From NCBI GenBank assembly GCA_045106895.1, contig JBGCFM010000025.1, positions 1-64,000 of the forward strand: a stretch of DNA of 64,000 bases. The letters are read 5' to 3'. The notes under the pieces were generated by a model, which was not told where the DNA came from, did not search any database, and saw only the letters and a list, made by a program, of their open reading frames with translations. The position numbers and the translations under genes were made by a program. This document shows, in pieces, positions 26,955 to 33,321 of the stretch (within the stretch, counting starts at the first letter, position 1; each line of letters starts with the position of its first letter). The stretch comes from Polyangiales bacterium. GTDB lineage: Bacteria; Myxococcota_A; Polyangia; Polyangiales; Houyiibacteriaceae.

Positions 26955-28085
26955 TTACTCTGAGTCTGACTCCATGCCGTCCACCACGAACGCGTAGAGC
27001 GCGCTTCCGAGGCGCGCGTAGCCACGCGACGTAAAGTGTACGTGGTCTTCAAGGGCGAGACCTTGCTCGACCCAGCGCGACATTGACCCCTCGCCGCCCA
27101 TCCACGTGTACACATCGAAGAACGCGCAGCCCTCCTCCGCAGCGACGCGCCGTTGTTCAGCGATGACCTCAAGCATGCGTGGACGCGGCCGCCACTGACC
27201 CCGCCTCCGGCGTGGCCATTCGCCGGGGCCGACGAGCAAGCATGCGGCATTGGGCGCGCGTGCACGCCACCCTCGGACGACACGCTGGAGCGCGCCGCGC
27301 TCCGAGTCACGCTCCCTGCGGGCGCTCTCGTTGGTTCCATAGGCGAGCACGACTAGGTCGAAGGGGCGTGAGCGCTGACTCCGAACAAGTGAGCGTTCAC
27401 GCCAGGGAATTTGGTCCCCAGCGCGTGTACCAGGGACCCCGAAAGCGTCGACGGTCACTCCCACGGCGTGACCCATGTCGAGACCGAAAACGCGGACTCT
27501 CCCCGTCGCCGTGAGCTCAAGCTCTCTCGCATCGCCGAGGGACTCCGTCAGCGTCACGGTCAATGTCCGGCGCGGACCGCTCGTCTCGACTTGTCGCACT
27601 TCGTCGCCCCAAGACACCACAAGGCGACCGCCACCCGGTTGCTGCAGGTAGGAGAGCGCGAGCGATTGCGCTCCGTGAGACGGTAGGAGCACACGGCTTG
27701 AGGCCCCTTGCTCTGTGTTTAGGAAGAACCCCGCCAATCCATAGTCGTCCCGCCTTCGCTCTCTTCCCCGCACGCGATGTCCAGTCCAGCCATGGCCGGA
27801 GAGCTCGACGCCATCGCGGGCGTAGAAAGCAAAAGGCGAACTCGGCAGAAACCAGCCGAGCCCTCCGTCTCCGAAGCGGCGCTGCAATGAAGCCCTCAGA
27901 ACTCGCGTGTATTCATCGTTAGCCGTGTGGGACGCGCCATAAACGCCGACGCGAACGGGCCGCTGTTCTGCTTGGCGCAGAGCACGATGAAATCCTCCCA
28001 GGAGGGATTCCGAGTCCTGGGCTTCGAGAGAAGGACTAGCAATGGTCGCTAGAACGAGGCCCACGAGGGCGAGTGATTTTGGCAC
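26955..28085 (-). CDS. SGNH/GDSL hydrolase, peptidoglycan O-acetyltransferase/esterase (PatB/Ape)-like
   Basis: YGASHT, LQRRFGDGGLG, AYGTNE and DHVHFT..GY. Signal peptide from GTG 28085 with GAGGT SD. Confidence 0.85.
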   Translation of the reverse strand: MPKSLALVGLVLATIASPSLEAQDSESLLGGFHRALRQAEQRPVRVGVYGASHTANDEYTRVLRASLQRRFGDGGLGWFLPSSPFAFYARDGVELSGHGWTGHRVRGRERRRDDYGLAGFFLNTEQGASSRVLLPSHGAQSLALSYLQQPGGGRLVVSWGDEVRQVETSGPRRTLTVTLTESLGDARELELTATGRVRVFGLDMGHAVGVTVDAFGVPGTRAGDQIPWRERSLVRSQRSRPFDLVVLAYGTNESARRERDSERGALQRVVRGWRARAPNAACLLVGPGEWPRRRRGQWRPRPRMLEVIAEQRRVAAEEGCAFFDVYTWMGGEGSMSRWVEQGLALEDHVHFTSRGYARLGSALYAFVVDGMESDSE

Positions 28086-28165
28086 ACCTCGGAGAACGCC
28101 TAAGAGCCTCGGACGTATTCCTTTTGTTGAAAACAACAAGGCCAGAATCGAAGATCGAAACGCAG

Positions 28166-28194
28166 CAAACCCACTCTCAATGAGAGTGGGTTTG
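28166..28194 (-). terminator. Perfect 14-bp inverted repeat after flagellin B
   Basis: caaacccactctca-a-tgagagtgggtttg. Confidence 0.8.
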
Positions 28195-28212
28195 TCAGCG
28201 CTGAGAGCTCGA

Positions 28213-29031
28213 TTAGAGAAGAGAGAGGGCGAGCTGAGGAGCCTGGTTTGCCTGCGCCAACACGGAGACGCCGGCCTGCTGAAGAATGTTGCTTCGAGTA
28301 AGAGCGGCGGTCTCGCTGGCGACATCGACGTCACGGATTCGGCTGTTCGCGGCGGAGAGGTTTTCCCGAGCGCTGGCCAAGTTGGACGATGTTACCTGGA
28401 GTCGGTTCTCCGTTGCACCGATGGTTGCTCTTTGTCCGGACACCGTTTCGATGGCGGTATCCAAGGAGTCAATGGCGGCCTGCGCGTTGGCAGCGGTGTC
28501 GACGGCGGACGCGTCGATTGCAAGACCGGTGGTGTCCATGGCAGCGATGGTCACATTGATTCGGTCATCGGCGGTGTTGTTGATGCCTACCTGAAGGTCG
28601 ACATTGGCGGTGCCGTCCAGAAGAGCGGTCCCATTGTACTCGGTGACAGCGCCGATTCGGTCGATTTCCGTGGAGAGCGCCTGGAACTCCTCATCGACGT
28701 AGCCTCGCTGGGTCGCATCAAGAGTGCCCGAGGCAGACTGGGTGGCGAGTTCTCGCATGCGGCCGAGAATGCCGCCGACCTCGGAGAGCGCGCTTTCTGC
28801 GGTTTGCAACATCGATACGCCGTCATTGGTGTTTCGTTCAGCCTGCCCCATCGAGCGGATCTGAGCCTTCATGTCCTCGCTGATGGCGAGGCCGGCGGCG
28901 TCGTCACCTGCGCGGTTGATACGAAGACCACTGGAGAGTCGTTCGAAGCTTGTGGAGAGTGAGCTTCCTGTCTTTGCGAGGTTTCGCTGTGCGGTGAGGG
29001 AGGAAACGTTGGTGTTTACGGTGATAGCCAT
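28213..29031 (-). CDS. fliC: Flagellin B (272 aa)
   Basis: MAITVNTNVSSLTAQRNL, RLSSGLRINRAGDDAAGLAISE, RIRDVDVASE and QANQAPQ. Confidence 0.98.
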   Translation of the reverse strand: MAITVNTNVSSLTAQRNLAKTGSSLSTSFERLSSGLRINRAGDDAAGLAISEDMKAQIRSMGQAERNTNDGVSMLQTAESALSEVGGILGRMRELATQSASGTLDATQRGYVDEEFQALSTEIDRIGAVTEYNGTALLDGTANVDLQVGINNTADDRINVTIAAMDTTGLAIDASAVDTAANAQAAIDSLDTAIETVSGQRATIGATENRLQVTSSNLASARENLSAANSRIRDVDVASETAALTRSNILQQAGVSVLAQANQAPQLALSLL

Positions 29032-29038
29032 GGTTTTT

Positions 29039-29075
29039 TCTCTTCCTTGAGATGAGAGTCCCGCCGTCCTTGGCG
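29039..29075 (-). promoter_or_regulatory. Two CsrA/RsmA-type GGA hairpins in the flagellin B leader
   Basis: cgcc-AAGGAC-ggcg, and tctc-AAGGAA-gaga overlapping the SD. Confidence 0.72.
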
Positions 29076-29116
29076 TGACCTATTTGGTTTCGTTGTGAAA
29101 AAATGTGCGGCGTCGC

Positions 29117-29144
29117 TAAAGGTCCACATCCCACCATCCGAAAG
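29117..29144 (+). promoter_or_regulatory. Sigma28-like promoter pointing away from flagellin B
   Basis: TAAAGG-N14-TCCGAAAGTCTT, closely matching the flagellin A promoter TAAAGG-N14-TTCGAAGTCTT. Confidence 0.55.
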
Positions 29145-29322
29145 TCTTGGTGGCACCCGGAAGTGTCCTAGACAGAGTCGCAAAGCGACACGGTTGGCGA
29201 AGGCTCGGGGATGAGCCGTCAGGAATGAAGTCCACGCGGCGAACGCGTCTGTGGAGCTGCTCGAGCTGTGCTCGGGAGTGGGGAGAGCGTTTCTCCCAGT
29301 GGCATCCTGCCTCGATAGAAAG

Positions 29323-29349
29323 GAATCGGACGTCCTGTCAGAACCTTGA
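29323..29349 (-). promoter_or_regulatory. Sigma28 promoter, probably for flagellin B (long leader)
   Basis: TCAA(GG)-N15-TCCGATTC on the minus strand. Confidence 0.6.
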
Positions 29350-29423
29350 GGTCCACTGTCAAAAAAGTGTCGTTTTTTCGTCGCGTTCTCTCATTGAGTG
29401 TCCAAACCCTTGGGAAAGCGCGT

Positions 29424-29444
29424 CGGCATGGCCAGTGCATTGCA
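29424..29444 (+). promoter_or_regulatory. Sigma54-like promoter for the diguanylate cyclase
   Basis: Two overlapping GG-N10-GC registers (CGGCATGGCCAGTGCA and TGGCCAGTGCATTGCA). A/T tracts lie about 45-65 bp upstream. Confidence 0.55.
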
Positions 29445-29469
29445 GTCTGGTGTCAGCAACGAGGAATCT

Positions 29470-30174
29470 ATGAACGCCCCCCAAGACTCGATTATCCAAG
29501 CTCTTACCCAACTCGCGCAGGCGGGAGACAGTGAAGAAGCGTTCCGCCTCGTCGACGCCCTCTGCGTAAACGCCGGCGAGTCGATCGCGCCTTATCGTGA
29601 GCTCGTTCGGGCGCTGCTCTCTCGCGCCGGCGAAGTTGAACGCTTGCGGAGTGTTGCGGACTGCGATGCGCTGACAGGCGTGGGCAATCGACGGGGACTC
29701 GAGGCCGCGGCGACGAGAGAAGTGGCGCGTGCACGTCGCGGCGACGAACAACTGGCCGTTCTTATCCTCGACCTTGATGGACTCAAAGCGATCAATGACG
29801 AGTTCGGACACGAAGCAGGAGACCGCGCCATCGTTGAGTTGGCCAGAGCCGGCAGCGAAGAGCTACGTGACAGCGACTACCTCGCGCGTCAGGGCGGCGA
29901 TGAGTTCGTTGTCCTTCTTCCCGGGACCGACGTCGCGGGGGCTCGACGCGTCGCGTCGCGAATTCGGCGCTCTATGTCTGAGCGGAACTTCCCATACGGC
30001 GTCCTCGGTACAAGCATCGGCTGCGCCGCCTGGCGTCCAGGCTCGTCCTTCGCGGAGATGCTGCGTGAGGCGGATGCGGCTCTCTACCGCGACAAGCGAG
30101 CGCGCAAGGAAGCGAGCGCCTGGGACAACGCGAAGAGCGCGAAGGCCTCACAGCGCAAGCAACACGCCGCCTAG
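29470..30174 (+). CDS. Diguanylate cyclase (GGDEF)
   Basis: DALTGVGNRR, DLDGLKAINDEFGHEAGD, RDSD I-site, intact GGDEF and ADAALY. SD GAGGA before ATG 29470. Confidence 0.95.
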   Translation: MNAPQDSIIQALTQLAQAGDSEEAFRLVDALCVNAGESIAPYRELVRALLSRAGEVERLRSVADCDALTGVGNRRGLEAAATREVARARRGDEQLAVLILDLDGLKAINDEFGHEAGDRAIVELARAGSEELRDSDYLARQGGDEFVVLLPGTDVAGARRVASRIRRSMSERNFPYGVLGTSIGCAAWRPGSSFAEMLREADAALYRDKRARKEASAWDNAKSAKASQRKQHAA

Positions 30175-30255
30175 GACGCGGGGCTTCACGGATGGGCTCA
30201 GTCGAAAAGCGGACGGCGCGAAGTGCGCTCACTAGAACTTTCTCTGCGTAGCCGC

Positions 30256-30282
30256 TCAATTCTACCGAGCCACTGTCGATAG
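30256..30282 (+). promoter_or_regulatory. Sigma28 promoter
   Basis: TCAA-N15-GTCGATAG, 8 nt before ATG 30291. Confidence 0.75.
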
Positions 30283-30290
30283 GAACCCTC

Positions 30291-31556
30291 ATGGCGAACG
30301 CGAAAAGAACAGCTGTTACTGTTGCCATCGCAGGTGGAAAAGGCGGCGTTGGAAAGAGCGTCGTCGCTGCGAACCTCGCTATCGCCCTGGCGCGATTTGG
30401 CCAACGCGTCGTGGTCGTCGATGCGGACCTTGGCTCCGCCAACCAGCACACGCTCTTCGGCGTCGATCGCCCGGGATACACGCTCCAGGCTCTCGTCGAA
30501 GGTCGCATCTCTAGTCTTGAGCAGGCCGTTATTCCGACCATCGCGCCCCGCGTTGCCCTTGTTCCTGGTAGCGGCGCCGTCGTCGGGGCGGCGAACATCG
30601 GCCACGCCCGAAAGATGAAGCTCATTCGACACATCGCGGCCATCGACGCGGACGTGGTCATCGTCGATTGTGGCGCGGGCACTGGGTATGACGCCGTCGA
30701 CTTCTACGACATGGCGGACCTACGTCTCGTCGTTGTCGCTCCGCAGCTAACGTCGATGCAGAACGCGTACGCATTTCTGAAGAGCGCGCTCTTCCGCAGC
30801 CTCCGGAAGAGCGCCATGTGTCACCGTGAGCGTGAACTCCTCGAGACCGCCACGAGCGGAAGCGAGACGGAACGCGTCGATGAGGTCATCGCCCGCGTTC
30901 GAGAGAGCGACGCCGTGTTCGCGGATGCTCTCGCCGGATGCGTCTCGTCGTTTCAGGCCAGCATCATCGGAAACCTCATCGACCACGACGGGCAGCAGCG
31001 CGCGATTCGCTCCGTCGCCGCAATGTTCCACGACTTCTTGGGCCTTCAAGTTCCAGTGTTAGCGAACCTACGGCGTGACAACCGTATTCATCAGTCCGTG
31101 ACGCGGCGTCGTCCGTTTTTGCTCGATCACCCAACCGGCTTCTTCTCGAATCAGTGCCGCGCGATCTCGGAGGTCATTCTCAGCGCCGACGTCCCCCGGA
31201 TTCGTGCTGCGCGACGGCGTGTCGCGCCCAAGGACGAGACACGTCTTCCTGGGCCCCTCGCGAATTACATCCGCGCGCATGAGCGCTTCCGAGTGGAGTT
31301 GCCCTGCAAGATCGTCGTCGGGGAGATGCCGTCCGACGCTGAGCTCATCGACGCCAGTTCAAGTGGCATGCGTCTCGACACATCACTCAACCTCAAGGTT
31401 GGCCAGCATATTCGTGTCGTCCACAACGGGTACCACGCGAGCGCCGTTGTAAGGCGCGTCGCAAAGGGGGAGATCGGTGTTGAATGGGCTGGCGCAGGAA
31501 GTCCATTCTTGGCCTACCTGGACTCAAAACACACTGCACTGGCCGCCGCGTCTTGA
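30291..31556 (+). CDS. flhG: FlhG/FleN (MinD-family) ATPase fused to a C-terminal PilZ domain
   Basis: GGKGGVGKS, VDADLGSAN, DCGAG and NAYAFLK. PilZ motifs RAHER (RxxxR) and DASSSG (DxSxxG). Confidence 0.8.
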   Translation: MANAKRTAVTVAIAGGKGGVGKSVVAANLAIALARFGQRVVVVDADLGSANQHTLFGVDRPGYTLQALVEGRISSLEQAVIPTIAPRVALVPGSGAVVGAANIGHARKMKLIRHIAAIDADVVIVDCGAGTGYDAVDFYDMADLRLVVVAPQLTSMQNAYAFLKSALFRSLRKSAMCHRERELLETATSGSETERVDEVIARVRESDAVFADALAGCVSSFQASIIGNLIDHDGQQRAIRSVAAMFHDFLGLQVPVLANLRRDNRIHQSVTRRRPFLLDHPTGFFSNQCRAISEVILSADVPRIRAARRRVAPKDETRLPGPLANYIRAHERFRVELPCKIVVGEMPSDAELIDASSSGMRLDTSLNLKVGQHIRVVHNGYHASAVVRRVAKGEIGVEWAGAGSPFLAYLDSKHTALAAAS

Positions 31557-31581
31557 ACCCCGGTTTGCGTGCGAGCGGAAG

Positions 31582-32583
31582 CTACGCGCGGGCTCGTGTT
31601 TTTGGGCTCGCGTCGAGATCGACACGTTTGGTCCAGTCGGGCCAGTTCGGGATGTCGACGCGTGTGAGGACTTCCCACACGACCCTGTTATCGCGGAACG
31701 TAATGCTCGGCGGACACTCACCCTCCACCGGTAAGATGATCCGCCCACGGTAGAGGCCGTCTTCGACCTTCTCCAAGGTGACATTGGATTCAAACAGCGG
31801 GTGTGTGTACGTACGCCGGTTGCTGCCTGAGCCGCGCACAACTCGTTCCATGACCTTGAGCTCCGAGGTGATGGCCGTGACAGAGCTTGCCGAGGCGAGT
31901 TTCACGATAACGAAGAACGCGTCTTTGTCTTCCGCTACGCGATATCCGCCTCCGGTGCCCATCTGAAAGCCGAGCTCTACCGAACCGAGTCGCTTCGTGG
32001 CCATCCATCCTCGGCCCAAGAAGATCGCGACGATTCCTGTGAAGACACTAAACATCAGCGTTGGAGCGAGGATGCCGGGTTCCTCGCTCATGCCGAATAC
32101 GAGCACCGCGACGCTGAAAAGAAACACCGCGAGGACGGCATAGAAGCAACCTGGACTCGCGTTCTTCTTTACCTTCTCTTCGTCCCAGCCGTAGTCCATC
32201 GTGGTGTCGTTTGGATAGGCGATGTTGACGGTGGCGTTGTCCTTGGGGTCGATGGCCCACGGGATGTCGGCGCGAGCGTGCACTTGGTAGTTCACGTTGA
32301 GAAGTGTCCCATGGTACGGCCGCGCGTCGGGGGGAACACGAAACGAGAAGGGGTAGTTGTGTTGGGCCTGTCCAAACCAAGTGCCGACGAATTCCTGTGA
32401 TTTATCCAGGGTGATCGTGGCGCGGTTGCCTTTGCCGGACGTGCTCGCTTCAAAGACGACGTCCAGGCTCTTGCACCGGCATTCGCTGTCGGTTTCGACC
32501 TGTACTTTGCCCCTGATCTCTTCGCCCGGAAAGTAAACGCGCTGGGGTTCGTCGAGGATGACTAGAAGGTTACATTTTGCCAT
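31582..32583 (-). CDS. Arrestin/SpoOM-like beta-sandwich membrane protein
   Basis: YFPGEEIRGKV, YPFSFRVP, YHGTLLNVNY, ADIPWAID, two TMs and a second DIPNWPD repeat. Confidence 0.7.
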   Translation of the reverse strand: MAKCNLLVILDEPQRVYFPGEEIRGKVQVETDSECRCKSLDVVFEASTSGKGNRATITLDKSQEFVGTWFGQAQHNYPFSFRVPPDARPYHGTLLNVNYQVHARADIPWAIDPKDNATVNIAYPNDTTMDYGWDEEKVKKNASPGCFYAVLAVFLFSVAVLVFGMSEEPGILAPTLMFSVFTGIVAIFLGRGWMATKRLGSVELGFQMGTGGGYRVAEDKDAFFVIVKLASASSVTAITSELKVMERVVRGSGSNRRTYTHPLFESNVTLEKVEDGLYRGRIILPVEGECPPSITFRDNRVVWEVLTRVDIPNWPDWTKRVDLDASPKTRARA

Positions 32584-32601
32584 GTTCGTATCCGGCTCTA
32601 C

Positions 32602-33321
32602 TCAGCTCGCGTCCGCGAGGCCTTGGTAGTGATCATACAAGTCGTCTTGGATGCCGCGGAGATGCTGCCCATGACGCTCGATGATTTCTTTGAGAATAGG
32701 GAGTGGCACCTGGGGTGGTGCGTCGTGTCCACGTTTCGATGCCCAGCGTAGACGTCTCTCGACGAATACCGTCACGCGTTTCCAAAAAGCGTCTGCGTCG
32801 AGCCGTCCGACTTCGTGATGGAAGACATCGATGCCTCGAGCTCCAAGCTCCGCGACGTGGCTCTCGTGCGTCCCCAGCACAAAGTGCGCGGGGCGACGAA
32901 AAAGGCGCCAGCGTTGCCACCGCGAGAGGAGCTGAGACTCATCCAGGAAGACGATAGGAGCCTGCGGAACCGGCGGGTTCTTCTCTTCTGGACGCAGCAT
33001 CGTGAAGGGCATGGCGCGAAAGTGTGCGTGGATGAGCGCGAGGTGCGTCGACTTTCCGTGGCCGCATGGCCCAAGAAACTCCGCCGCGAAACGCCCCTCG
33101 GATGGCGGGCGCGAGAGCTTCTCGAGAATGGACTCGAGCGGCACGTCGCTGACGGAGAGCGATGCGAGCTCTCCTTCTTGCACGGACCCAAACGGGTTCC
33201 ATCGAAGTCCTAGGGGCGCAAATCCATCGCGTGTCCATTTGGGCGGTGTGGCGGCTTCGGCGAACACGCGGTCAATGTACACGAAGTTACCCTTTCCCGA
33301 GAGGGTCCTCTCGCCAATCAT
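32602..33321 (-). CDS. Hypothetical P-loop NTPase-like protein (start uncertain)
   Basis: WNPFG, GPCGHGKSTHL Walker A, VFLDE Walker B. Confidence 0.7.
   Translation of the reverse strand: MIGERTLSGKGNFVYIDRVFAEAATPPKWTRDGFAPLGLRWNPFGSVQEGELASLSVSDVPLESILEKLSRPPSEGRFAAEFLGPCGHGKSTHLALIHAHFRAMPFTMLRPEEKNPPVPQAPIVFLDESQLLSRWQRWRLFRRPAHFVLGTHESHVAELGARGIDVFHHEVGRLDADAFWKRVTVFVERRLRWASKRGHDAPPQVPLPILKEIIERHGQHLRGIQDDLYDHYQGLADAS

Noticed and set aside
15447..28334. N-terminal extensions in the ORF track for flgA (15566), flagellin A (26105) and the SGNH gene (28334)
   Set aside because: The extensions run through promoters, terminators or neighbouring genes. Downstream starts give proper signal peptides or SD sites.
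29160..29230. c-di-GMP-I riboswitch suggested by GCAAAG upstream of the cyclase
   Set aside because: The GGCAAAC stem and GNRA tetraloop/receptor layout are missing. GCAAAGC is simply the loop of a gtcgc/gcgac hairpin. An Infernal search would settle it.
29100..29380. Invertible promoter for flagellin phase variation
   Set aside because: No convincing flanking inverted repeats and no recombinase in the window. Inverting a convergent promoter pair would not change the layout.
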